A stretch of DNA of 64,000 nt from a virus. Lineage: Duplodnaviria > Caudoviricetes. A program made the translations under genes and the position numbers. The notes beneath the pieces were generated by a model, which saw only the letters and a program-made list of their open reading frames with translations, was not told the DNA's origin and ran no database searches. How positions within the stretch are numbered: the first letter of the stretch is position 1; every line of letters begins with the position of its first letter. The stretch lies in IMG/VR virus record IMGVR_UViG_3300011480_000001, positions 27,263 to 91,262 of that record; one strand, given 5' to 3'. This document shows, piece after piece, positions 18,179 through 30,211 of the stretch.

Positions 18179-18478
18179 ATGTCTAAAGAAATTAAGACCA
18201 CCCTAGTTAAAGAATCTGAAATTGAAATTTATGATGACGAATCAGGTCAATTTGTTTATAATCAACCTTCAAAGTTTATGATTCAACTTGCAACTGGTGA
18301 TTTACTTTTTATTCATACTCGTGATAGACTTACTGCACAGCGGTTCGCAGATGATACGTTCGGTAAGGGATTTTATTCAGTCAAGCAAGTAAAACAAGGG
18401 ACTGGTTCCGGTGAGTATACAGCCGGAGGCACCACCAGTCGACGGGGTACGGCAAGCCATTTGAAGAAAACTTATTAA
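18179..18478 (+). CDS. Hypothetical protein
   Basis: AAGGAG RBS before MSKEIK. Confidence 0.7.
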   Translation: MSKEIKTTLVKESEIEIYDDESGQFVYNQPSKFMIQLATGDLLFIHTRDRLTAQRFADDTFGKGFYSVKQVKQGTGSGEYTAGGTTSRRGTASHLKKTY

Positions 18479-18759
18479 GGAGAGATTTAATGCGTAACAA
18501 AGACCTAATCAAAAAGCTAAGCATGTTTGATCCAGAAGGGGTTTGCACCTTACGTTACTGGAATCCGCTATCTGGTGGTAATGAGACTGTTTCAATAAAA
18601 GACGTTTCGATTGATGAGGGTGTTGATATTGAAGATTATCAATTTTGGGATTGTTTAAGCGACTATCGAGATATTAGGCAAATGGAAGATTCTCTAGGAG
18701 CTTCTGAAAGCGATCCTTTAGCTTTTGTTAGCCTCATCGTATTGAGCTAGGGGCTTCTA

Positions 18760-19272
18760 ATGGCAGGTACAAAAGGTGTAAATCTAAAGCACGGTATGTC
18801 GCATAGCAGACCTTGGGTAATCTGGACCGACATGAAACGTCGATGCAAAAATCCAGACAGAGCCGGTTTTGAGTTTTACGGTGATAAAGGTATTACATAC
18901 CAAGCTTCTTGGGAAAAGTTTGAAGGATTTTGGGCAGACATGCAGGATGGGTATGCGGATGACCTTACCCTAGAAAGGGTTGATCCTTCTGGTAACTACT
19001 GTAAAGAGAATTGTCGTTGGGCAACTAAGCAAGAACAACCTAAGAATAAAAAGAAATATAAGAACAATAATACAGGTGTTGATGGGACTTATATCACGCT
19101 AAATAAGGGCATTGAAACACTGAAAGCTCACATTTCAGATAATGGTAAGAGATATACTAAGAACTTCTCATTGAATAAATATTCCTTGGAAGAAGCGCTT
19201 GCTTTGGCTAGAGAATGGAGGATTGCTATGAAAGAAAAGTTTAACTATAGTGAATTCCATGGTATAGATTAA
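18760..19272 (+). CDS. Free-standing HNH homing endonuclease
   Basis: WTDMKRRC...TLERVDPSGNYCKENCRWAT. Confidence 0.85.
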   Translation: MAGTKGVNLKHGMSHSRPWVIWTDMKRRCKNPDRAGFEFYGDKGITYQASWEKFEGFWADMQDGYADDLTLERVDPSGNYCKENCRWATKQEQPKNKKKYKNNNTGVDGTYITLNKGIETLKAHISDNGKRYTKNFSLNKYSLEEALALAREWRIAMKEKFNYSEFHGID

Positions 19273-19679
19273 TGAAAGAAAAACACAAGAAAATGTATAT
19301 GGAGATAGCGGAAGCTTTAGCTCGTGCGTCGTGCGGTGTTAGGTTAAAAGTTGGAAGTGTGATAGTGAAGAAAAATAATATCATTAGCACGGGTTATAAC
19401 GCACTTCCTGAACACTTAGATGGACCCTTGGAAGATGAGCAGAATGTAACAAAGCCAGAAGTGAGGCACAGTGAGAAAAATGCTTTAATGGGGCTTATTC
19501 GATCCAACGAGTCTGCTGTTGGTGCAACACTCTTCTGTACGCATGCCTGTTGTAAATTCTGTGCGATTGACATTGTCGATGCTGGTATTACCAAATTCGT
19601 TTACAAGCACACGTATAGGTCAGACGAAGGATTGAAGCATTTAATCGCTGCTGGTCTAGAAATAGAGAAAATCAATTAA
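19272..19679 (+). CDS. dCMP deaminase
   Basis: KVGSVIV, STGYN, HSEKNA and THACCKFC zinc-site motifs. Confidence 0.92.
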   Translation: MKEKHKKMYMEIAEALARASCGVRLKVGSVIVKKNNIISTGYNALPEHLDGPLEDEQNVTKPEVRHSEKNALMGLIRSNESAVGATLFCTHACCKFCAIDIVDAGITKFVYKHTYRSDEGLKHLIAAGLEIEKIN

Positions 19680-20695
19680 CAAATTCTTGCATAGCCTTTA
19701 TTCTTGGTGTACTATTAACACTGTGAGTAAGGGCTATTTTTATTGGAGGAAAGAAATTGGAATGGGAAGCAAACTGGATTAGGATCAATTTAGCGAGATA
19801 TGATTCTCCTATGCACGCTGAAGCTGTTATTAGGAACATAGAGAAAAGGTATTTAATTAATTCTCTACAAAAGAAGATTAATAAACTAGAGGAGGAACTA
19901 GAAAGTGAGGAAGAAATTTACAATCTATCAAAACGGTGTAAAATATAAGCCTTCAAAGGACTGCTTTGTTGTGATGACTAGTGATGGTATTTTCCTGCAT
20001 GTAATGAAAGATTATTATGATTATGTGAGAAAGCTATCAGATGTAATTGGTAATTATGATGTAGTATGGAAAGGAGAATAAGGTGGCGAGTCGTAAGGCT
20101 ATTTTAAAAGACCTAGAGTCAATACTATTGAACGTAGATAGAGCTTGTCGTAAAGCTGAAAGAGTGGCGAGCAAGCTAGATATTCCCAGTCTAGGAGAAT
20201 TGATTCTTATCAAGACTCAACTAGAGGACGTTATCAAGAAAGCTAAGGAGAAAGAATGAACCAAACAACCAAAGACTTTCTAAACAAATTATCATGTCTG
20301 ATGGCTGAATATGAAGCAGATTTTGAGATTGGTAGCACAGGGATTGAAATTGGTGTAGTGAATCCCGAAGAGGGGTATTCTGAATATGTCCGAACTCTCG
20401 GGAAATACATTACGTGCAACGATATTCGAGACATGCTTACAGAGGACGAACCAAAATGAACACACAACAACGTTACGAAGCTCTTATACGCATTCAAAAG
20501 CAAATGATTGAGTGGGCGAGTTATCAGCCAGAACATCACCACAAGCTTTATGGTGGGAAAGAGATTAATGAATGTGTTCAGCTTTGTAAGAAGCTTATTT
20601 CTGATTTACAATATGAATTAGAGCTTGAAGAATCAGCCAAGCTTGAGCTATACTTTGCTGGTGACTCAATCGCTTTACACAACATGGAGTAGATT

Positions 20696-21217
20696 GTGAT
20701 TAACCTAGACGGAATCCGTGACAAGATTGATATTACTAAACTTGAAAAAGAATTTAGCAAAATTAAGAGGCATGAGTTCATGAAAGAGCAAGTAGAAATT
20801 AAAGATACTAAGATTCTGCAAACCCAAAGTGTTGATGCTTTTCTTGTAGAGTTGGGATATAAACGTACCAAGGACGGTAAACGGTATGAATTTGCTTACC
20901 CTGTAAAGACTGGTGAACGTTTTATCAGTATGCGTACAGCAATCGAGCTTCATAACACCGAGTGGATGTACGGGGAAGAATCAAAGTTGTACTACCCTAT
21001 CTACTATTTCAAGGGTTTTAACTCAGATTTTTTGGTTGTAAAGCCAAACGTAGATTCTGTGTTCAAGCTTTCTCCATACGAATACGAGAAAAGCCAATCT
21101 CGTAAAATTGTATCTCGTGTATCTTTGCAGCAAACAAAGAATGGTGTTTTGAAGGTGCAGAAAAATCTTGTCGAATTTATGGCACCGTTTTATTTCGAGC
21201 AATTTTTGGAGGATTGA
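20696..21217 (+). CDS. Hypothetical protein
   Basis: 173 aa; GGAG RBS. Confidence 0.7.
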   Translation: MINLDGIRDKIDITKLEKEFSKIKRHEFMKEQVEIKDTKILQTQSVDAFLVELGYKRTKDGKRYEFAYPVKTGERFISMRTAIELHNTEWMYGEESKLYYPIYYFKGFNSDFLVVKPNVDSVFKLSPYEYEKSQSRKIVSRVSLQQTKNGVLKVQKNLVEFMAPFYFEQFLED

Positions 21218-21383
21218 TCATGATGCCATCTACTGAACGTGAATACAGAGAAAAGATTAAACAAGCAGAACACAAAGCTACAGAGAACTATTTTCTTGGA
21301 CTTCGTAAGGCATTAGGTGTTGTTAATCGTGCTGACTATCTTACAGAAGAACAGAAGCAGAAGCTTGCAGAGGATTTCTTGAA

Positions 21384-21653
21384 ATGATTGAAGAGCTTGA
21401 ACAAAATATTTTACAATTAGAGGGAGTGGACTTCGTTCACATAACAGAAAACAGGAGTTGTGTTTACGATAAAAAGAAAGGACTACCACCTCTAAGCTTT
21501 AAGCTGTATGTTAGGGGCGGTAAGAAGAAAGAAATTGCCGAAATCCTGTGGTTATATAAACCACTTGGTACCTTGTCTATAGGGAATACATCTGTTAAGG
21601 TAAAAGACTGATACGGTTACAAATGGGAAGTGAACTTCGAGAGGCTTTTGTAA
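21384..21653 (+). pseudogene. Baseplate-J-like fragment with an internal TGA (21609-21611)
   Basis: EN...D..GLPP.SF...V.GG...IA..LW..KP.G...GNT.V.VKD*YG...V.F.R. The reading frame continues to a TAATG coupling with the next gene. Confidence 0.55.
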
Positions 21654-22229
21654 TGATTGAGTTAAAACTTGTACCAGAATATGACAACCCTACAGACGAA
21701 GAGCGTAAGGAGATTTTTGAATACTACCGTAGAATCATTGTCAATGCGCAAGAGAATGCACGGGGTGCTATCCTAGATATGTGCGGGAATAAGGTTTGGG
21801 TAGAGACTATTGAAGAGTATGAAGCACGAATGGAGAAAATGAAGAATGACAACCGATAATTTAAAACAAATCCGCCTGACAAACATTAACAATAAACCTG
21901 AACTTTACATTGATGGTCTAATTATCCTTGACAAGATAAATTCAGTATATTTCCAAGACGCTATTTATCGAGCGCGTAATAATGAAATCGTGACAAGTAG
22001 CGGAAGGCAGAGTATCATCAGTCTTGTGCAACGTGGACTACCTGTTTACTATTTGAGTTGAGGGAAGTATGGAAATTACACACATCCCTAGAGGATTTAT
22101 GTGTTGTGTTTGCGAGAAAGCTTTGGAGAATTGTAGTAAGCTTCCTTTCAGTACAATGCAAGTGATTCACGTTTTCAAAGACGATAAAGTTAAAGAAGTG
22201 AAATGTTCTGAATTTAAGGAGAAGAGCGA

Positions 22230-22631
22230 ATGATTAAAGGAACAAGAAATCAGCTGGGGAATCTATCAAACCAATTTCAGACAAAGGCTAAACGTGTGCT
22301 GGCCGTGTGTTCAGCAGGTCTCTTACGTTCTCCCACAACGGCGAATATCCTTCACAAAGAATTTGGCTTCAACACAAGGGCTTGTGGTAATTGTAAGGAA
22401 TTTGCACTAATCCCTATCACTGAAGCTCTTATTCTTTGGGCAGATGAAATTGTTTTTGTAAACCACGACAATTGGTTTGACTTGGATGAGGAAGAACAAA
22501 ACCTAATTCGTGATTTAGAAATTACAGTTCGTATTTTAGATATCCCAGATGAACATTGCTGGGGTGAACCAGAACTTGAACAGGAGATTATTAAACAATG
22601 GAAATCAAGCAAAGCAGCAACAAATCTATGA
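22230..22631 (+). CDS. Low-molecular-weight protein tyrosine phosphatase-like protein
   Basis: VCSAGLLRS CX5R(S) loop, WADEIV and LDIPD. Confidence 0.8.
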   Translation: MIKGTRNQLGNLSNQFQTKAKRVLAVCSAGLLRSPTTANILHKEFGFNTRACGNCKEFALIPITEALILWADEIVFVNHDNWFDLDEEEQNLIRDLEITVRILDIPDEHCWGEPELEQEIIKQWKSSKAATNL

Positions 22632-22721
22632 CTCGTGAAGAGCTAAAAGAGATGTTGAATCGACAGAAAGAAGAAGCACTGTACAAACATCAAGACGAAG
22701 TAGCATCTAGGAGCAGATAAT

Positions 22722-22994
22722 GTGAAAACCCTCATAGCTTTCTCTTTCATAATTGCTTTAACAGCTTGTACACATAATGCACACCAGTAACCACGTCTAA
22801 ACGGATCAGGCACACAGTACCAAATCTGGCAAACACAAATACTAGAAGAATGTGCTAGGAAAGCAGCTACGATTACTGTAGAATTAATGGAAGAGAAGGC
22901 TAGAGAAGGAATTCTTTTGAATCTTGAGCAGGGGCACACGATTAACAGATATATCTTAGAGCTTTGTTATAGGAAGAATGGGATAGTGATATGA
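22722..22994 (+). pseudogene. Lipoprotein gene interrupted by an in-frame TAA (22788-22790)
   Basis: AGGAG RBS; MKTLIAFSFIIALTAC lipobox; frame stays open after the TAA to an ATGA overlap with 22991. Confidence 0.65.
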
Positions 22995-23634
22995 AAAGAG
23001 AATCAGAAACTACAAAATACACTCTCGATGGACAAATCTACAAGCATTACGGTTTATTTGCATGGCAAGAGTGTTTATTCTGTAAGAAAGAGTTTCGTAG
23101 AGAGAATGGTTATCGATTTGTTGCATTCCAAGGTCAATGGTCTTACAGTTGTGGATCGTGTAGTTGTTCAAAATCCCACTGCAATGATAACCTAGGTGTT
23201 ATGTGGGAGAATATCCGTAATAACAGACCAAAAGCGCCTCCCGCACCTCCACCAATGAGGAGTTATAAGAATGACTGAATTTAAAAGCATTAATTTTTGG
23301 CTAGGACTTCTTATCCTAACAGTTCTTGGATTCTTATTATTTACATTAGTGTCAGGGATTGTTTATCTAATTGCGTTAGTGTTCTTGCTAAACAGTTGGT
23401 GGTATATTGTTTTTGGCACATTGCTAGGTATGGCTGCTGTGTTTTTAATTTTGCTTGATTTGCATGATAAGAAGGAGAAGAAAGGATGATAATTGTTCTG
23501 TCAATGAATGTTTTACTTATTTTGTGGGTAGCGTTCTTGGCAATTTCAGGGGCGCCATTTGCATTACTAATCGCACACATTATTGGAGGGGTATTAGGTA
23601 ATGTGTTTGGATATCTTATTTTCGAGGCTTAAGT

Positions 23635-24015
23635 ATGTTAGCTGACATTACACCAGAGCAACGTCAGTTGTACTTAGAACAAGGTCGTATTGCACGACAA
23701 GAGAAAATTAAATGGGCCACTGAAAACCTGGATATGGATTGGGGAGAGGATGAGAAGGAGTGGAAACGCCTTGCTTCCTTATACGAAGTCAAACTTCCTC
23801 AGAAGCATATTCCAAACTATCAATTGAAATATGTAAAACGTATGATGAAAGCTGTTGGTGCTGATGTACAAGAATATGCTGAATCTTGTGGTTGCAAAAA
23901 TCTATTACAGCTTGCTAAACTGAATCCTAGAGAGAATGCACGAGCTTTCTGTGGGCTGTTCCTTGAGTATTGGCATGAATTACAGACAGATCCTGTTGAA
24001 TATGAGGAGGATTGA
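23635..24015 (+). CDS. Hypothetical protein
   Basis: 126 aa ORF in a co-oriented gene string. Confidence 0.7.
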   Translation: MLADITPEQRQLYLEQGRIARQEKIKWATENLDMDWGEDEKEWKRLASLYEVKLPQKHIPNYQLKYVKRMMKAVGADVQEYAESCGCKNLLQLAKLNPRENARAFCGLFLEYWHELQTDPVEYEED

Positions 24016-24413
24016 GAATGTTCGATACCTATGTTAACCGTACAGAGCAAGTAACTCGTGAAGTAATTGTCAAAGAGTACCGAGCACCTACGGATGAAAG
24101 CGTAAAACTGCTCAACGAAATGCAGAAGAAGGCTTTAGATAACATCGTAAGTCAATTCAGTACAAGCAATAACCATTTACAAATGAAGTGCGCTGTAGTA
24201 GAGAATAACTATGAACAAGCAAGGCTGTTCATTTCTAAATTTACACTAAATGGAAAATCTCACAGGTTTGATATTAAAATAAACTCCTTGGATGTACAGA
24301 CAGAGGAGGATCTTATTACATCTGTTTACGAGAGGGTTTGTGCAGAGCTTGCAAAAGAATTCATGCAGCCATTGTTTAATGAGATGAAAAGCTTGTATAT
24401 TCATAGGAAATAA
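24012..24413 (+). CDS. Hypothetical protein
   Basis: 133 aa; GAGGAGG RBS. Confidence 0.7.
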   Translation: MRMFDTYVNRTEQVTREVIVKEYRAPTDESVKLLNEMQKKALDNIVSQFSTSNNHLQMKCAVVENNYEQARLFISKFTLNGKSHRFDIKINSLDVQTEEDLITSVYERVCAELAKEFMQPLFNEMKSLYIHRK

Positions 24414-25527
24414 CGCTAAAAGAATCGACTTCTCTTAGAATGTAGGCTACCCTATGTCTTAGGAGTTAAGTCGATTCTTTATAGTCTAAAACGTGAGGAA
24501 AAGATACATATGAGTTACGATCCGTGGACTAGTGATGAGTTTATTGAAGAATGGGGCACAGAAGAACAAAAGAAACAGCTTGCTGACCGAAGGGAACGGA
24601 TGCAACAGTTCCTAAAAGATATCCAAGTGCTGACTGTTGAAGATGCAATAAAGAGGAGTTTTAATTTTGATTATTTTCAAAACAAGCAATGATCCTGTAA
24701 AGTCTTGTCAACTATACAGGGAATTGGGGTGTAGTCATGTGGACGGAATGTTGTGTGATTTCCCTAAGTGCAGCATGTTGAAAGATTACAAAGAAGTTAA
24801 GGAGAAGAAATAATGTTCTTTTTAGGACTAACAGTTGGGATTATTGTAGCGATAGTTATAGGGATAGCTTTAGTTTATGATACGTTTATGAATAATAAAC
24901 TATGACAAACATTCTTAAATTCCAAACAAAGGAACAGAAAGAAAAATCTGAACGCCTGTCCTTGACAATGCATTTGCAAACAGATATTCTTGATGATGGA
25001 AGTGTTTGGTATAAGATAGGGAGCTTGAATACAAGCAGTACACAAGCTTCTTGGGATAAAGAAATTAGTTGGGATGAATGGAGGAAAATGGATGAAATAT
25101 AGACAACGAGATTGTGACTGGTGCACAAAGGAGTGGGAAGGATACGAAACAAAGCCCGGATACTATCAGTACATTGAAGGTGGGGCTTTTGAAATCTGTG
25201 GAGCTTGCAACGGAACAGCTTTGATTGACGATGTTTGTTATTGCCATGCGCATTATAGCGGAGAGTGTTGCTGTGACTACAGAGGCTGGGATGAATAATG
25301 CCTAAACACGAACGATCAGAATACATGAAAGGCGTCTTGTTCGCTGAAGAGCAGAAAGAGATTGGTTGGGTGTTTAAAGGTGGTAATTATGAAGAACAAA
25401 GCTTAACGTGGGAATATGTCCATAAGAATGGTATTGCTGGTGAGGAAAAGCCAAGACAGATAGTGTTCGCAGAGAATGAATTCTTTGATGGTGTAATTGA
25501 TTATCAAAAGCATATGGAGAGGTTGAA

Positions 25528-25722
25528 ATGAGTAAATTTGTACGAGAAGGGCGTTACATTGTGTTCAAAGTAAGCCACCTAGACAAAGAACAGCTTGAAC
25601 TTCTTGAAAGGGTGCAAAGAGAACTTCCAACACTGCGTGATTGTGTTGTAGTAGAATCTGATTGGCCTGAATATGAAAAGGTTTGGGAGATGATTGAGGA
25701 GCGTGTAAATGAAAAAGTATAA
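25528..25722 (+). CDS. Hypothetical protein, paralog of 35191-35550
   Basis: RYIVFK...DCVVVESDWPEYEKVW. Confidence 0.75.
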   Translation: MSKFVREGRYIVFKVSHLDKEQLELLERVQRELPTLRDCVVVESDWPEYEKVWEMIEERVNEKV

Positions 25723-27344
25723 ACTTGAAATCGAAGCTGTACACACAGAAGATCAACGTATCTACCGGAGTAAAGGCCATTGGTCAGACGAAGAATTTAA
25801 ACAAGCGCTTATTGAGTATGGGATTGACATCGAAGACTACACCAAACCTCAGCACAAACTATGTAAGACGGTGCCTATAAGTAAGCATTCTTTTAATAGT
25901 TGCCTTTATGTATTTGTAGAAGAAGCTGGTCGTGGTGTATATCCTGCAACTTATGTATGGGAGAAGTAAATGTATCGTATTGTAGTTCGTAAGCTAGAAG
26001 ATGGCGACGAACCATTGTTTGTGCAAAAGAAAGTTTTCCTTTGGTTTTGGAAAGATGTATCAGGAACCCCACATGATTATTTAGTTGATGCTGAAACTGA
26101 GATGTGGACTGCAAAAGGAAAAGAGCCTGTCTTTCAAAAGACCTTGAAGATTATAAAATAAAAGGAGCTAGACAATGGATCGTCAAATTGAGTCATCAGT
26201 AACTAAAGAACGAGCTTGGGAAGCTTTGAATGCCAAATTTGGAGAGCACTTTACCATTCCTCCTGCTTGTTATTTCGAATACTGGGCATACCCACAAGTA
26301 TTTGGCAGTACAGCAGGTCCATTTAAGGGTAAGATTGCAGGACAAGCAATGACAACATTTACAATTGAAGCATGGGTTGTAGATGATTTGGCTGTATTGT
26401 TCTGTCAAGGGAAGATTGTTAAAGTGTGTAATGAATGGCAAGGTCCGCAGAGTGTGAGGATTTAGGATGTGGTATTTACATTGCTCGTACTGTAATGAGA
26501 AAGCTTTTCAAACAGAAATAGATCCTAAGCCAAAACATGGGAATGCTTTGATTGCACAAGATTGGAAATATATGAATGGAAGCCAAGTAGAGGTGGGTGA
26601 TCCGTTCTTTTGTAAATATTGTAAATGTGATTTTCAGCCGATGGTTGAGGGAGTAAGTAAAGAATGAGTATTGTAAAACATTTTCAAGAAGAGGGGTCTG
26701 TTGTGTTGTCTGAGAAGCAATATAGCTTAAAGGATTGGCTAGAAGGTGAAAATCTTCCACTGTTTAAGGAAGCACATTCAGGCTGTGTATGTGATTGTGA
26801 GAAGAATTACGGTAAAGGCTGTTTGAATCCTAAAGCTTATTTGAGTGGAGGTTGTAAATGATTGGTACACTAATTTTTGTAATAGCTGTTCAGATATTTA
26901 TAATCGTACACACGGTAATCAGAAACCTGAATTTAATTTTAGAAAAGGACGATCTTATCAAAGAAAGGAATGAAGCTATGGAACAACTGAACAAACTAAA
27001 ACTTTTGAATAAACTAAAGGTAGATCACCAAGGTAGTCCGATTATCTATGAGCCTCTTAATTGAGGCTTTAATTGTTCAGGAGAAATTATGTTTGTGCCT
27101 TACACAGATGCAGTGCTACAGCTTAGAGAAAATAAAGATTATCTTACATACGGCGTAGCTAGAAGGGAGCAAGTAATAGGTTTCGTAGGACCATTGAAAT
27201 ATGAATTTGTACTGGATGACACAGGGAACATCAGATCACATCCAGAGCACCCCTGTGCCAAATATCCAGAAGTGAAGAGACTAGCCTTACAATTCAAAAC
27301 ACTGTGGGGAGATAAACAATTAGAACAGGATGCAAAGAGAGTGA

Positions 27345-27896
27345 ATGAACTTACAAACTAAGACAGATAAGTATGATGGAACATTTGTCTTCGATGAGAA
27401 CACAGGGGAGATTATAGTACATGTACCAAACCCCAATCCAAAGAAGAAAGTGGTTCCTATTGAGAAATACATTGGAGTAGATACAAAATATCCAAGGGAT
27501 TGTATTACGGCTGATAGCCTACTTGATGCTGTGTCTGTGATTGATGGTTATGTAGGTGGAAAGGTTGTAATCTCATCACATGTACTTCTAGAATGTGTTG
27601 TACAAGGACTCCTAACACCACAAGAAGTGAAGCTTCTGAAATACATAATCACTAACTGCGCAGCTTGGAATATTTACATAGGATCTACTAAAGACCTAAC
27701 CCTTTCTGGAATACCTGAGAAGAATTTAACAAGGCTTATAGCTGCTATGACACCAAATATCATAAGAGTCAGAGAAAGGAATAAACCACAAAGAGGTGAT
27801 ATTGTTATTGAGTTTAGTCCCTTCTATGGGTGGAAAGGAGATAATGAAATCAGAACATCAGCACTAAATAAGTGGTATGGAATGGAAGAATCTTGA
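27345..27896 (+). CDS. Putative winged-HTH / RepL-like DNA-binding protein
   Basis: LTPQEVKLLKYI...KNLTRLI...FSPFYGWKG resembles RepL-type HTH proteins; last gene before a non-coding convergence zone. Confidence 0.4.
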   Translation: MNLQTKTDKYDGTFVFDENTGEIIVHVPNPNPKKKVVPIEKYIGVDTKYPRDCITADSLLDAVSVIDGYVGGKVVISSHVLLECVVQGLLTPQEVKLLKYIITNCAAWNIYIGSTKDLTLSGIPEKNLTRLIAAMTPNIIRVRERNKPQRGDIVIEFSPFYGWKGDNEIRTSALNKWYGMEES

Positions 27897-28281
27897 CTTC
27901 TCCGCATTTTTGCGAACGAAACATACCTCAAAGCCTTATAAGATAAGGGTGTTAAAATCTTCTATACATATTAAAGTATAACTTAGAAATATTAACCACA
28001 CTTCCTCTGAGAGAACATGCTTGTTTAGGTGTTCTCTTCTTGTGCTATCTAGAAAATATCCTAGTAGACTTTTCTGATTACTTATCAACTACCAGATCTA
28101 CAGTCATAGGGCTTAACAACTCTACCACCCCACTAATATCCTGTCAATACAATTTCAAAATATCCTTATTGTATATTTCTATCAGAACATTCCAATCAAT
28201 AGCTTGTCTCTTAAACACATCAATTAAGAGTGTCTCTATTAGAACTAATTGGTTAATAGAAGATAGCTATTAGTAGAGACG

Positions 28282-28308
28282 AAAGAAAGCCCTCTCAGTG
28301 AGGGCTAG
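28282..28308 (-). terminator. Rho-independent terminator
   Basis: AGCCCTC-ACTGA-GAGGGCT followed by TTCTTT. Confidence 0.65.
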
Positions 28309-28565
28309 TTTGGAATGGACTTACTTAGAAAGTGTATTCAGAGATAGTCTTCATAGACTTCTCAAGGACATATTTACGATAAGCTGCTACTCGCTTATCA
28401 GAGGACTCTTCGCTATGCCATGCAGCAATGCACTGGTTAGCATAGGAGATTTTGTTTTCAATGTGAGCATCGACAATCTCACCAACAGCTTTAACCAGTT
28501 CGTTGAAGTTAGTCATTTTGAAGTCTCCGATTTGACTTGACTACATGTCTCGTCTTGATGGGTTC

Positions 28566-28594
28566 AGTATAAGAGAACTAGACAAGGCAGTCAA
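28566..28594 (-). promoter_or_regulatory. sigma70 promoter
   Basis: TTGACT-N17-TATACT. Confidence 0.75.
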
Positions 28595-29995
28595 GAAGAA
28601 ATGTAAGAAAGATTGATTAAAAGAATTTATCAGGTAAGAAGCTGTGATTAGTAGGTAATTTCAATGGATATTGATTAATTAATAGGTAAATTTACTGTTA
28701 AAGGGGTTGACTTTTAGGAGAGAATCTTGTTCGTGCTTAGCATCTACTAACGTATCTGCACGCAATCCGAACGTATAAATAGTGACTAAATACTCTTATC
28801 AAGTCACGTTGTAGACCTTACCAGGTAAGGCTTTCACTGTTTAGTTAGGTATTGATAAAGTGTTTGTTTAGTGAAGAATGGAAACAAGAATGCCCGTCTA
28901 ATGACGGGCTATTAATTAAGTGTATTCTTGTTGGTTAGCCAGGGGTAAAAGCGTATTTATCCTCATATTCGCAGTAAAGAGAGCCTGTCTCTAGTACCTT
29001 ACCAAACTCTTTTAGTAGGAAGTGGTTCACGTATTGGTTAACCTTTGAGCCGTAGGGGTTACGGTAGTAATAATCTTTAGTCAAGCTTTTAGACCTAAGT
29101 TGCATTTGCTTGATTTGGTCAAGTCTTTTCTCATACTGATGGACACCGTTATCATCGAGGAAGATTTGATTTCTCTTCCCCTTCAGGTAGTCCTGAACAA
29201 GCATGTAGTTAGGAATCTCAGGAAGAGAGTGCATCATGCTACACGCTCCCAAGCTTGGCCGTTATCTACAAAGAAACGGATTTCACCAGTTAACTCGTTA
29301 AGAACGCGGATATTCTCCCACTTACCGTAGACACGAGAAACGAAGTCTACATATTCGTCTTTGCTCAGACGTTCGCAGTTAGTGAGTTGACCGTTGGAAA
29401 GGACTTTATGGCAAGTGTACATGGTTGAATCTCCGATCAGTCTAGGCTTTTTGCCTTTCGATGGGATTGATTTTACAGACGATCATCTACCTTGTAAAGC
29501 ATTATTTTCACATTCTTTGCAAATAACATCTCGCCATACGCCGTCGTATCCTGGTTTCAACGTATAGCCTTTATCATGACAAGCATCGCAGTTAGGTTCT
29601 ATACCTGTGCCTTCACAGGCCGAGCAGCCGTAGGTATGATCGTCAAACTCTTTAAATCCCCAACCTTTACAGTCGGTGCATTGATTATTTTTCATAAAAC
29701 ATTTTCCTTAGTCTTAATCCTTCTTCACCCACCTTACAAAGGTGAGCCAAGTGTTGTGTTGGTCATTGCCTTTCTCATCAGCCCAAGTCTGACAAAAGTC
29801 TGCTTTGTACTCATCACCATACATCCAGAATTCAGACATTGTTCCGAGTTCGCGTTCTACCATTTCACCGGTCAGTTCGTCTTTGAAGGTAGCAATGATC
29901 GAGTACATGATGTAATCCTTTTGGTTTAACTGATAGCTTTTCTCTCTTTCTGTGTATAATTCTAGCAGACTGAGCCTATAGGTCAAGCACTATTT

Positions 29996-30211
29996 TCAAT
30001 TATTTCGGTATAAGCGAGGTTTTCCATACTCATCTTTCAATACATGGCTATGGAGATTTCTAACGTTCCACTGTGCAACAACAAGATCTAAGTCTTGACT
30101 TGACTTTGTTTTATAACCACAATTTTCACATTCTGCTAAATAACCTGAGTCGGTTTCAAATCCCACAGTAGCGCACCCGCCACAATCACAATGAGGAAGA
30201 CTTTCTGACAT
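29996..30211 (-). CDS. Lar-like zinc-ribbon protein
   Basis: LPHCDCGG...ECENCG...AQWN pattern of the restriction-alleviation Lar family. Confidence 0.5.
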   Translation of the reverse strand: MSESLPHCDCGGCATVGFETDSGYLAECENCGYKTKSSQDLDLVVAQWNVRNLHSHVLKDEYGKPRLYRNN

